Source: an uncultured Vicinamibacteraceae bacterium (GTDB lineage: Bacteria; Acidobacteriota; Vicinamibacteria; Vicinamibacterales; Vicinamibacteraceae). From it: a stretch of DNA of 56,244 nucleotides. Below, in pieces: positions 25,806-34,265 of the stretch (its first letter is position 1; each line of letters starts with the position of its first letter). A program made the position numbers and the translations under genes. Location: positions 22,735 to 78,978 of the forward strand of contig CAYMAG010000013.1 of assembly GCA_964388335.1 (NCBI GenBank), in the 5' to 3' direction. The notes under the pieces are model-generated. The model worked only from the letters and a program-made list of their open reading frames with translations. It was not told where the DNA came from and searched no databases.

Positions 25806-26918
25806 TCACCGATAGGCTGCGGTCAGCCGGCCGTTCTCCACGACGCGGTCCCCGCCGACGGTGATGGTGGCGTCGTCGAAGAACAACCAGCGCGAGCCGC
25901 CGCCCCGAACCGCACCGCCGACTTCGGTGTTGTCGCCGAGACTGAGGCGCACGACCGCGTCGCCATAGCCGTAGTAGGGCAGGAAGGCCGCGTCCCTGGA
26001 CGCGACGAGCTTCGGGTTGAAGCCCAGGCCCAGCTCGCGGAACGACGTCAGCGCCGGCGCCGAGGCCAGGTAGGCGTCGAGGTCCTTCTGGCCCGTTTCG
26101 GCCGTCGCCTTGACGACCTTGCCGTCGACGAACTCCAGGCGGATGCCGGTCGCGACCGCCTGCTCGAGCAGGCGAGCCTTCGGCACGACGATGACGCCGT
26201 TCGCTGACGTCTCGATCGGCGCCACGCGCACCACGCCGGCCGGCAACTCGACCTCGCGATCGACACGCACCCTGGCGTGGGCCATGCGGGCCTTCGACGC
26301 GTCGCCGTCCTGCTTGTTGAAGGGCCGATCGCCGACGCGGAATCGGATGTCCGTGCCGCCGGGCGTCGTCACGCGCACCTCGCCGGTGCGCAGCCTGGCG
26401 ATGACCTGGTCCTGATCGCGCGAGAGCTTGCCGTAGTCGATGTCGAGCGCGTCGACGTAGATCCTGTCGAAGTCCTCCGAATGCGTGCCGGCACGCCCGT
26501 CGCGATCCTGGGTGCCGCCGTTCCAGTGGAAGTGGATCTGGCGGCCCTTGCCTTCGTCCAGCCACTTCGCGAGTGCCGAACGCTGCTCGGGTGCCGCCTC
26601 CGCGCCTCGCACGGGAAGCCAGATGTAGATGTCCGTCTTGTCGAGTTCGGCCTGGAAGTCGGGTGCCGGACCGTAGTTCAGCGTCTTCACGACCGCCCCC
26701 CTGGCGACCAGTTTCTCGCGCAGGACCGGCTCGAGGGGACCGAGCGTCGTCGGGTCGTAGCGCAACAGGACACGCTCACCCTTCGTCACCTGCAACGCGG
26801 TGACGATGCGATCGGCGAGGCGATCGTAGGGAATCTGGACCGGCTGGGACTGGGCCGACGCGGTGGCCGCGAGGGCCACCGTGGCGACGAGCGAGAGGAA
26901 CGTGCGGCGAATGATCAT
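25806..26918 (-). CDS. secreted hypothetical protein (Sec signal peptide)
   Basis: True start MIIRRTFLSLVATVALAATASAQ at 26918 (palindromic ATGATCAT, GGAGA RBS). The ORF-track start at 27749 lies inside the TBDR gene. Co-oriented 45 nt downstream of the TBDR gene. Confidence 0.6.
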   Translation of the reverse strand: MIIRRTFLSLVATVALAATASAQSQPVQIPYDRLADRIVTALQVTKGERVLLRYDPTTLGPLEPVLREKLVARGAVVKTLNYGPAPDFQAELDKTDIYIWLPVRGAEAAPEQRSALAKWLDEGKGRQIHFHWNGGTQDRDGRAGTHSEDFDRIYVDALDIDYGKLSRDQDQVIARLRTGEVRVTTPGGTDIRFRVGDRPFNKQDGDASKARMAHARVRVDREVELPAGVVRVAPIETSANGVIVVPKARLLEQAVATGIRLEFVDGKVVKATAETGQKDLDAYLASAPALTSFRELGLGFNPKLVASRDAAFLPYYGYGDAVVRLSLGDNTEVGGAVRGGGSRWLFFDDATITVGGDRVVENGRLTAAYR

Positions 26919-26962
26919 CGTGAAATCTCCAATGTCGAGTGGACGTAACGGTGGAAGGGGAA

Positions 26963-29770
26963 TCAGAAACCGACGCGGACGCTGAACCGCAGGAGGCGGC
27001 CGTCGATGTTTCGGGAAATGCGACCGAGCGAGGGTCCGACCGCTTCGACCTCGGTCAGCGACGCGTTCTCGTTCAGCAGGTTGTACACCTCGAAGAGCGG
27101 CTCGATGGTGGTGCCGCGGGCGGCGAAGCGGCGGCCGACACGCACGTCCCAGAGCGTCTGGTCGGGCTTGCGATACTCGCCGCGCGGCGCGACCTGGACG
27201 TCCTGGGACGTCTGTCCGAGTTCGGGCACGATCGTCCGCGTCAACTGGTAGATACGGCGGAGCGGCTGTCCCGTCGCGTGCGCGAACCGGGACGACAACG
27301 AGATCCCGCCTGGCAGCTGCGAGATGGCCGAAACGTTCAGCAGGATGGGCGAGTCGAGCGGATCGTAGCCGTCGGCGTTGATCTGATCGTTCGGGTTGAG
27401 GCTCGCCGAACTCCAGGCCCTGTTGCGGCCGAAGGTTGCGCCGCCGTACAGGGCCAGGCCGCTGCTGAAGCGGCGCGCCACCGTCACCTCGCCGCCGTCG
27501 TACGACTGCGCCAGCAGATCGGAGTTGAGCAACACGTTGTCGACGCGGCCGATGGTCGCGGCGTTCTGGCTGTAGATGGTGAGCGGCGAGCCATCGAGCG
27601 GGTTGGTGATCTGGAGCGGCGTGTAGTCGGCCGCCGTGACCGCCACGTTCACGACCGCGGTGAGGTCGCGGTAGCGGCGCCGGAAGTAGCTGAGGGTCAC
27701 CGCCAGGTTGTCGGCGAGCTGGTGCTCGACGCTCGCCGTCACCTCCCACTGGGTGGGACGCCTGAGATCCTCGTCCACACGAACATTGGCGCCGCGATCG
27801 AGGGCGCCCTGGGCCGGTCCGATCTCATCGAGCTGCGGCACGAGGTCGCGGTTCGCGTCGGTCCAGGTGCGCACCTCGGTGTTCTGGCGCAGCGGGTTGA
27901 GCTGGTTGATGAGGCTGGCGCCCTGCCGCTGCGTGAACTGACTCACGCTGCCCTTGACCACCGTGCGGGCCGTGCCGAAGAGGTCGTAGGCGACCGACAG
28001 GCGGGGCACGAGGTTGTTCCAGACAATGACGCCGGGCCGCGGGTCGAAGTTGCGCTCGCCGACGAACTGGCCTGCGGGCGCGGACTGCGCGTCGATGCTG
28101 CCGATGTGCCGCTCGTAGCGGGCGCCGGCGTTGAGGGTGACACGGCGGGCCAGCGTCCACGAGTCCTGCACGAACAGGGCGAGTTCATACTGATCGATGC
28201 TCGTCCGCACCGGCGTGTTGTAGACGAGTACCGAGTCGGGCACGCCGCTGCGATAGCGGGCGATGAAGTCGCCGTGTCCGAGCGAGTCGTAGTTCTGCTT
28301 GTACGGCGCGTGCTCGAACTGCAGCCCGAACTTGACCTGGTGCGAGCCGCGCCAGGACGGCAGGTACGACGCGACGGCGCTCCACGTGCGGCGCTCCTGC
28401 GAGGCCAGCGTCATCGATGGCGCCGCGGCGCCGACGAGGGTCGATCGGGTCAGGTCGTTGCGCGGGAAGGCGCCCGGCTCGAGATCGGGCTGGTAGTCGA
28501 GCGACCACGGCACGTAGTACCACGCGAACCCCGAGTCGAGCAGGAACGTCGGGGTGAGCGTCGAGGTCAGCTTGACGCTGGTCATCGGCCCGCCGAGCGG
28601 CGAGTAGCTGCTCGCTTCCGGCGAGATGAACTGGTACTGCTGCGTGGTGGTCCGGCGATGGGGGCGGAGCTTGTCACCGTAGTCGACCAGCGTCGAGAAG
28701 CGGTGGTTCGGACTGATCTGCCAGGTGACCTTGCCCGTGGCGTTCCAGATGATGTTTTCGTCGAGGGCCTGCGTGCCGTCCGGGTTGAAAGTGTTGGCCT
28801 CGAACCGGTCGATGCGGAAGCGGCGGCCGCTCCCGTAGAACCACAGCTTGTCGGCGACGAGCGGGCCGCCGACGCCGACGTTCAGGTCGTAGAACGAGTC
28901 GGTCGCACTCGGCGCCGTCAGGCCGAGCGCCTCCTGCTCGGCGCTCACGTTCCGGCTCTGGAGCGAGTCGCCGGTGAAGGTGGCGAAGGCATCGCCGCGG
29001 AACGCGTTGCCGCCGTCCTTCGATACCAGGTTCACGCTGACGCCGCCCGCGCCGATCTCGGCGGGCAGCGCGCGCGTCTGTACGACGACCTCCTGGTACG
29101 CGCCCTGGTTCGGGTACTGACCCGACACGCCGCCGTCGGCGGTGTTGGCCGTCATGTTCAGGCCATCGGTGTTCCAGACGAGATCGCGCCCGAGCGACCC
29201 GTGGATCGAGATGGTGTTCGTCTGGCCCGTCTCCGATCCGCCCACGTCCGGACGCGATGAGGTCGCGCCCGGGACGATGAGCACCGCCACGTTCGGGATA
29301 CGGCCGACCGGAATGCCTTCGAGCAGTTCCTGGCGGATCGGCTGCTCGGACGTGCCCGAGCGCGCGTCGATCAGCTTCGAATCGGCGCGCACCGTGATCT
29401 GCTCGCCGACCTGGCCGATGACGAGGACGGCGTCGACCGTCCCGGTGAACGCGGCGCTCAACGGCACCTGTTCCTTCCGCACGCGCTGGAAACCCTCCAG
29501 CGAGAAGGTCACCGCGTACTCGCCAGGGCGCAGGTCGACGACGCGGTAGCTGCCATCGGCGCCCGTGACCGTAACCTTGGTGCGCTCGATGAGAGCCGGG
29601 CTCGTGACCTCGACGGTCACACCGACCAGCGCGCCCCCCGACTCGTCTCGTACCGTGCCGACGATCGAGGACGACGTCTGCGCCCGCGCCGACGCCACGG
29701 CCAACCCTGCGAGCACGACGCTCACTACCGACGCGGTGCGAACACCGCGCCAAACGATCCCTGCCAACAT
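26963..29770 (-). CDS. TonB-dependent receptor-like outer-membrane protein with N-terminal carboxypeptidase-regulatory-like domain
   Basis: Signal peptide MLAGIVWRGVRTASVVSVVLAGLAVASARAQ, then SSSIVGTVRDESGGALVGVTVEVTS...GSYRVVDLRPGEYAVTFSLEGF (CarbopepD_reg-like). Long beta-rich body ending ...FSVRVGF. ATG at 29770 with a GAGGAG RBS. Confidence 0.8.
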   Translation of the reverse strand: MLAGIVWRGVRTASVVSVVLAGLAVASARAQTSSSIVGTVRDESGGALVGVTVEVTSPALIERTKVTVTGADGSYRVVDLRPGEYAVTFSLEGFQRVRKEQVPLSAAFTGTVDAVLVIGQVGEQITVRADSKLIDARSGTSEQPIRQELLEGIPVGRIPNVAVLIVPGATSSRPDVGGSETGQTNTISIHGSLGRDLVWNTDGLNMTANTADGGVSGQYPNQGAYQEVVVQTRALPAEIGAGGVSVNLVSKDGGNAFRGDAFATFTGDSLQSRNVSAEQEALGLTAPSATDSFYDLNVGVGGPLVADKLWFYGSGRRFRIDRFEANTFNPDGTQALDENIIWNATGKVTWQISPNHRFSTLVDYGDKLRPHRRTTTQQYQFISPEASSYSPLGGPMTSVKLTSTLTPTFLLDSGFAWYYVPWSLDYQPDLEPGAFPRNDLTRSTLVGAAAPSMTLASQERRTWSAVASYLPSWRGSHQVKFGLQFEHAPYKQNYDSLGHGDFIARYRSGVPDSVLVYNTPVRTSIDQYELALFVQDSWTLARRVTLNAGARYERHIGSIDAQSAPAGQFVGERNFDPRPGVIVWNNLVPRLSVAYDLFGTARTVVKGSVSQFTQRQGASLINQLNPLRQNTEVRTWTDANRDLVPQLDEIGPAQGALDRGANVRVDEDLRRPTQWEVTASVEHQLADNLAVTLSYFRRRYRDLTAVVNVAVTAADYTPLQITNPLDGSPLTIYSQNAATIGRVDNVLLNSDLLAQSYDGGEVTVARRFSSGLALYGGATFGRNRAWSSASLNPNDQINADGYDPLDSPILLNVSAISQLPGGISLSSRFAHATGQPLRRIYQLTRTIVPELGQTSQDVQVAPRGEYRKPDQTLWDVRVGRRFAARGTTIEPLFEVYNLLNENASLTEVEAVGPSLGRISRNIDGRLLRFSVRVGF

Positions 29771-30492
29771 GTCAATCTCCTCTGTGCACGAACACATGTC
29801 TCCCGACACGACCCGGGTGGGCCGCGAACTCTGCATGGATGCGGTGAGGGCCGCCGGCCGCCTCGAACGGCGGAACCGGCGGCTAGCTACAGGGTTGGAG
29901 GGTGCGGCCACACGCCGCCGAGACCGCGTGCGGCGCACGACGCTGCGACGCCGCGACTGGCGAAATCTCGGGGAGCCGAATCGACGGTCGAAACAAGGGG
30001 ATCACGACACACCAGAAACCCGGGGGCGAGGCGGGCTACACGCCTGCCCACGCCAAGCTGGGAACGACGCCGACGCTGCTGAACTGGATGAAGGAAGACG
30101 AAGAAGGACCGTCAGCAGCCGGAAAGGCAGCGGCGGGGACAACACGCGATGGGAGCGATGTGCTCGACCATGATCGAGGCCCACGCTACCGTGTCGGTAG
30201 GGGGGTGTCAAGGCTGGCCATCACGTTATGACACGCTGTCTCGTCGAGACGACGCACGTCGAGACACTCTCTCACCCGCGGACGGCAACTGCTCGATCTG
30301 CCGCGCTCCACGCCTTCCGCTGTTCGCCCGCGGCTTCGCGGCGGCTCGCGATGCGTACGCCAGTGCTGACGCAATCGCGGTATGACAGAGCCGGCAGTTG
30401 CGCCGCAGCGCCCGCGCGTTATGCTGTCCACAGGTCGATCATGATCCGAATGACTGGCATCCCTGCCGACATCCTGCGTCTTCTGACGCCGC

Positions 30493-30552
30493 ACACCGCA
30501 TACCTGCGGTGTTGTCGCTGCTCCCGCTAGCAGCGAGCCGCCGCGCCACGCG
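30493..30552. other. three consecutive perfect stem-loops (7 bp/4 nt loop; 8 bp/6 nt loop; 7 bp/3 nt loop) in a long intergenic region
   Basis: CACCGCAtaccTGCGGTG, TCGCTGCTcccgctAGCAGCGA and GCCGCGCcacGCGCGGC, read directly. Together they span 60 nt. Confidence 0.5.
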
Positions 30553-30711
30553 CGGCTCATCGACAGACTCCTGGTGCACGGACCGGCTCTCGCCGGTTCC
30601 GGCGTGTGGTCGTCCGGAGGTCGCGTCATGTCCCTGTCCCGTCGTCGTTTCGTCACGTCATCGCTCGTCGCCAGCGTGGGTCTCGAGAGGAAGGGGCTGG
30701 CGGCCCACGCA

Positions 30712-30761
30712 GCGGGCTGCAAAGCCGTGTTTCGAGGGTTCGAATCCCTCCCGCGCCTCCA
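30712..30761 (+). tRNA. tRNA-Cys(GCA)-like 3' fragment (anticodon arm + T arm + acceptor 3' strand + CCA), with no matching 5' half
   Basis: GCGGGCTGCAAAGCCGT-GTTTC-GAGGGTTCGAATCCCTC-CCGCGCC-T-CCA. T-loop TTCGAAT, anticodon loop cuGCAaa, discriminator U and acceptor ...GCGCC closely parallel E. coli tRNA-Cys. The upstream 25 nt cannot form an acceptor stem or D arm. Confidence 0.45.
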
Positions 30762-30784
30762 GTTTCGTGAAAGGAATAGCTGAC

Positions 30785-32086
30785 ATGAGCGAGATACGCA
30801 CCGAGGTGCCGACCGCCAACGCGCGATACGCCGAGAGCTTCGCCAGTCCGCGCTGGTTCAACCCGACCGTCATCGGGCCTGCCGCCAGCGTTGCCCTGCT
30901 GCTGGCGCTCGTCACGCCGGTCGCCACGCAACAACGCCATGACGCAAGCGTCCATGGCGCAAGCGCATCCGGGCTGGCCTCAGTGGCCGATCCCATCCCG
31001 CTCGATACGTATCTCCTCCGGCTGAAGCAATCGCTGCACGACAGCGCACGCGCGGGAGAAGCGAGGCGCCTGTACGCGGCGGTGTCGGCCGAGAGCCGTT
31101 CGGGTGTGCGGCGCCTGCGGGTGCGTGACTTCCAGGTGCTGAGCGACAGCGATCGCAACCTTGCCGGCTACAGCCTGGGCGCAGGCTCGTGGGACACCGA
31201 GGTGGGCGTGCTCGCCAGCGCGGTGGCCCAGGAGTTCGTGGTGCAGGCGGCGCTGGGCGACGTGCCGCTCGAGTCGGTCGAGGTCGTCTTCACGAGCCAC
31301 CAGGACGCGCAGCCGCGCCCCGCCGGCCAGGTGGCGTACCCCAGGAATCTGCAGTACGTCGCCTATCTCGTCTCGAGCGCGAGCGACGACGCGCTGGAGG
31401 CGCTGCGCGGGCGGGTGCAGCACGAATCTCCCGTCCTGTCGCTGGTGACCGAGCAGCAGGACATCGACCACGGCCGCGTCGTCTATGCGCAGAGTCCGGC
31501 GCAGCCAGCCGCAGGGAGCCCGCCAGGACTGCGCGACTTCCTCGTCGAGAAGCGGGCCGCCCTGCAACGCCGCGACGCGCCGGGCCGGGCGGCGCGCGCA
31601 TCGCCGCCGCTCCGTGCCCTGGCGCGCGTCCAGGGCGGCACCGGCCTGCGCGACATCCGGATCGGCGAGACGGGCTTCCAGGTGATCCACGACGTGCCGC
31701 GCGATGCCGGCGGGTTCGACCTCGGGCCGACGGTCGAGGAGCACCAGCTCGGTGTGATGGGTACGTGCCTCACGCATATCTTCGAGATCCAGGCGGCACA
31801 GCGGCAGGTCGTGCTCGACAAACTCGAAGTGCACGTGGAGGGGACCCTCACGCCGCGCGCAGCCGGCGCGCCGTCCCGGCTGCGTGACGTGCGCTACACG
31901 GTTCACATCGACTCGCCGGCGTCGGCGCAGGACATCGACGAACTGCGCAAGGCCGTCGAGGCGGTGTGCCCGATCTACAACCTGCTCAAGGACACGCAGC
32001 CCATCACCGGCCGTGTCGTGCGGGGGCATGCCTCACCCGCGCGTCCGACGGTGGCACCGGCGGTGAGCACGGGAGCGCAGCCGTGA
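30785..32086 (+). CDS. protein with two tandem OsmC/Ohr-like domains
   Basis: The C-terminal half GTCLTHIFEIQAAQRQVVLDKLEVHVEGTL...VRYTVHIDSPASAQDIDELRKAVEAVCPIYNLL is OsmC-like, and the N-terminal half shows the same pattern. ATG at 30785 with an AAAGGAA RBS. Confidence 0.65.
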   Translation: MSEIRTEVPTANARYAESFASPRWFNPTVIGPAASVALLLALVTPVATQQRHDASVHGASASGLASVADPIPLDTYLLRLKQSLHDSARAGEARRLYAAVSAESRSGVRRLRVRDFQVLSDSDRNLAGYSLGAGSWDTEVGVLASAVAQEFVVQAALGDVPLESVEVVFTSHQDAQPRPAGQVAYPRNLQYVAYLVSSASDDALEALRGRVQHESPVLSLVTEQQDIDHGRVVYAQSPAQPAAGSPPGLRDFLVEKRAALQRRDAPGRAARASPPLRALARVQGGTGLRDIRIGETGFQVIHDVPRDAGGFDLGPTVEEHQLGVMGTCLTHIFEIQAAQRQVVLDKLEVHVEGTLTPRAAGAPSRLRDVRYTVHIDSPASAQDIDELRKAVEAVCPIYNLLKDTQPITGRVVRGHASPARPTVAPAVSTGAQP

Positions 32087-32277
32087 GTTCGTGAAACTCG
32101 TGCTCTCGCCCAGCCAGACCGAGCAGACCGAACGCATCATCCGGGAGGTGCGCCTCATCCCCGAGCTGACCGGGCGGCACGACGGCCTCGAGACGGTGCG
32201 CGGGATGGTGGCGCTGCTGCTGCGGCAGAAACCGGAGGAGTGGCGGTCTCCGGACGACGTGCCGGGATGGATCCCGT

Positions 32278-32472
32278 ATGCGACCGGCGAACGGGATAGA
32301 ATCGGTCGTGACAATCTCCCAGTTCGTCTGGACCGAAGAGCGGATCGCCCACATCGGCCGTCACGGTGTCGAAACGGAGGAGTTCGAAGACGTCTGTTTT
32401 GGCGACACCTTGGTCTTGCGAACGAAGGCGGAAGGCGAGAATCCCGTGTCCGCGCGCTGGAAGAGATCATGA
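32278..32472 (+). CDS. brnT: BrnT-like toxin (DUF497), unusually short / possibly internally deleted
   Basis: FVWTEERIAHIGRHGVETEEFEDVCFGDT matches the BrnT N-terminal consensus (FeWD..K...N..KHGVsFeEA..vF.DP), and ...VSARWKRS resembles the C-terminal RIISARkAt. The ~25 central residues are missing. Confidence 0.5.
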   Translation: MRPANGIESVVTISQFVWTEERIAHIGRHGVETEEFEDVCFGDTLVLRTKAEGENPVSARWKRS

Positions 32473-32705
32473 CGATCCCCGACACCGATTCCATTCGTGA
32501 ACTGGCCGAGTTCTGGGACACGCACGACGTCACGGACTTCGACGACGAACTCGAGGAGGTCGCCGAGCCGGTCTTCGTGCGGCCGGCCGTGACGGTCCCG
32601 CTCTCCGCCGACGAGCGAGCGGCGCTCCGCAAGATCGCAGCCTCTCGTGGAGTCGATGAAGTTGCCCTCGTCCATGCGTGGGTGCAGGAGAAGCTGCATC
32701 GCTGA
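32469..32705 (+). CDS. brnA: BrnA-like antitoxin
   Basis: ATGA overlap with brnT. MTIPDTDSIRELAEFWDTHDVTDFDD...RAALRKIAASRGVDEVALVHAWVQEKL is typical of BrnA/CopG-like antitoxins. Confidence 0.65.
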   Translation: MTIPDTDSIRELAEFWDTHDVTDFDDELEEVAEPVFVRPAVTVPLSADERAALRKIAASRGVDEVALVHAWVQEKLHR

Positions 32706-33125
32706 CGCCCGCGATGTGCGGCACTCCTTCACACATCCATGCAGCAGCACACGATCCTCCCCGCCGAGCCGCTCGCGGCGCGCGGTCGATCCGGGAGGAC
32801 CTCGGAGACCTGGCGTCGAGCGACGGCGTGCTCGCCCTCCTGAAGCGGCGCCGCTGGCGGGCGAGCCGATCGTTCACCGAATAGACAGCTGGTTCACGAG
32901 GGCCGTCCACGCGAAGTCGAAGGCGACGGCGGTCGCGGCGGCGCGGGGCGCCGCGTACCAGGACGAGGCGCGCGCCCTGGCCGAGGCCCGGCGGCACAGC
33001 TCCTGGATCTGCCGCATCTCGTCGACCAGGGCGTCCTTCCGGCCGTACCGGTCGTCAACGCGATGAGGAGCAGCGTGCGCGTGACGTCAAGGGTACGAGA
33101 CCCGGACGTCGAGCGCCAGAACGAA

Positions 33126-33653
33126 TCACTTGGACAGGAGACCCTCGAGCACCAGCCGCGTCTTCGGCAGGAGGCGATCCTCGTCAACGTAGCGTGTCAC
33201 GATGGCCAGCGCCTCCTCCACCGAGCGCACGTCGAGATACCGCAGCAGATATCTGACGTCGTCCACATCGTGGAACTCCTCCCCGAGCCGCAGCGCCGCG
33301 CATTTGAGCGCGAACAGGTAGCGTGGATGCGCGACGAACACACGCAGGTGCGGCAGCTCGAGGTAGCGATCGAACTCTCCCCGAGGATCGAGATAGCCCT
33401 TCACCGCATCGTTGAGCCAATTCGGATCGAGGCCGGCGGCGGCAGCGACACGCGCCGCGGCTTCACGAACGATGCGTGTCGGCTTGAAGTACGCGTGCAC
33501 ATCCTTCGTCGACGCGCGTGCTCCGAAGACGAGGCACATCACCGCACCGCCGACGAGGTAGAGTTCGGCCTCGACGTCGTGTGCCGCCAGGTCGGCCTCC
33601 AGCAGCAGGAGAAGCCGATCGATATCGGCCTTCGTCAGGCGATGAGACGTCAT
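33126..33653 (-). CDS. minimal nucleotidyltransferase-fold protein (putative toxin-like NTase), paralog-type of 20642-21166
   Basis: ELYLVGGAVMCLVFGARASTKDVHAYF fits the NTase G[GS]...DxD/H motif. The C-terminal helical region is ...LRVFVAHPRYLFALKCAALRLGEEFHDVDDVRYLLRYL. ATGA-type overlap with the upstream RHH gene. Confidence 0.6.
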   Translation of the reverse strand: MTSHRLTKADIDRLLLLLEADLAAHDVEAELYLVGGAVMCLVFGARASTKDVHAYFKPTRIVREAAARVAAAAGLDPNWLNDAVKGYLDPRGEFDRYLELPHLRVFVAHPRYLFALKCAALRLGEEFHDVDDVRYLLRYLDVRSVEEALAIVTRYVDEDRLLPKTRLVLEGLLSK

Positions 33654-34147
33654 TACACGCGATCGCCAAGTGTGGCGTCGATGAAAAGGTTGCGGCGCTT
33701 GAAGGCCACGGGTGCAACGCGCAGCAGGTACGGGCGAAGACTGGGGAACGGCACGGCGAAGTACGGGTCGTCCAGCGGCGCCACGTCGCGGACCCAGGCC
33801 GGTGGGCTCGTGTGCTTCTGTGCCGCGGCCTGTTCCACCATCGCCGCCACGTAGTTCTGCAGCAGTGGTGGGAGTGCGTCGAACCGCAGCGCCTCGGCGA
33901 CGTCGGCGAACCGTGCCGCCGTCAGGTTCGTGAGCAGATCGTTCAGGTCAGCCAGCGCGAAGCGACGGTCGGCGTCGTCGCGCCGCAGCACCTGCAGAAT
34001 GCCGGTCAGGCGTGCCGTCTCACGCGGTAGCGCACGCGCGAGGACATACGCCGAGACGTCCATGCGCGCCTGCCGCGCGCGCTGCTTCAGCGCCCGCTTC
34101 TCGACGGGCGTCACGCGAATCTGGAGTTGCTCCGACCTGGGACCCAT
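33653..34147 (-). CDS. ribbon-helix-helix (CopG-like) N-terminal domain protein, upstream partner of the NTase
   Basis: LQIRVTPVEKRALKQRARQARMDVSAYVLARAL is an RHH motif. 164 aa. GGTGAG RBS. Its stop overlaps the NTase start. Confidence 0.55.
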   Translation of the reverse strand: MGPRSEQLQIRVTPVEKRALKQRARQARMDVSAYVLARALPRETARLTGILQVLRRDDADRRFALADLNDLLTNLTAARFADVAEALRFDALPPLLQNYVAAMVEQAAAQKHTSPPAWVRDVAPLDDPYFAVPFPSLRPYLLRVAPVAFKRRNLFIDATLGDRV

Positions 34148-34179
34148 GTCGACTCACCATACAAGGCAGGGATGGAGAC

Positions 34180-34199
34180 GTCAATACAACAGTATTGAC
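34180..34199. promoter_or_regulatory. perfect 8-4-8 palindrome GTCAATAC-aaca-GTATTGAC in the divergent promoter region (candidate RHH operator)
   Basis: Read directly. Lies 33 bp upstream of the RHH-NTase operon start. Confidence 0.5.
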
Positions 34200-34265
34200 A
34201 TGATCACGAGACGCATCACCGGACAGGAGACCAGCCAGAAGCCCTTTGAAGTACCGTGTAATGCC

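Noticed and set aside
30688-30761. complete tRNA-Cys gene
   Set aside because: The 5' 25 nt (AGGAAGGGGCTGGCGGCCCACGCA) cannot pair with the acceptor 3' strand CCGCGCC and has no D-arm. It is called only as a 3' fragment.
30398-30766. tmRNA (ssrA) hypothesis for the tRNA-like 3' end
   Set aside because: There is no tag-peptide reading frame ending ...ALAA*, no 5' GGGG...TTCGACGGG tRNA-like half at the expected distance, and the candidate would be too short (~216 nt). The anticodon-arm match to tRNA-Cys explains the sequence better.
32091-32705. single 204-aa ORF spanning the BrnTA region
   Set aside because: It is open by chance through brnT in the brnA frame. Only the C-terminal 78 codons (from MTIPDTD) match BrnA, and the brnT frame carries the toxin motifs.
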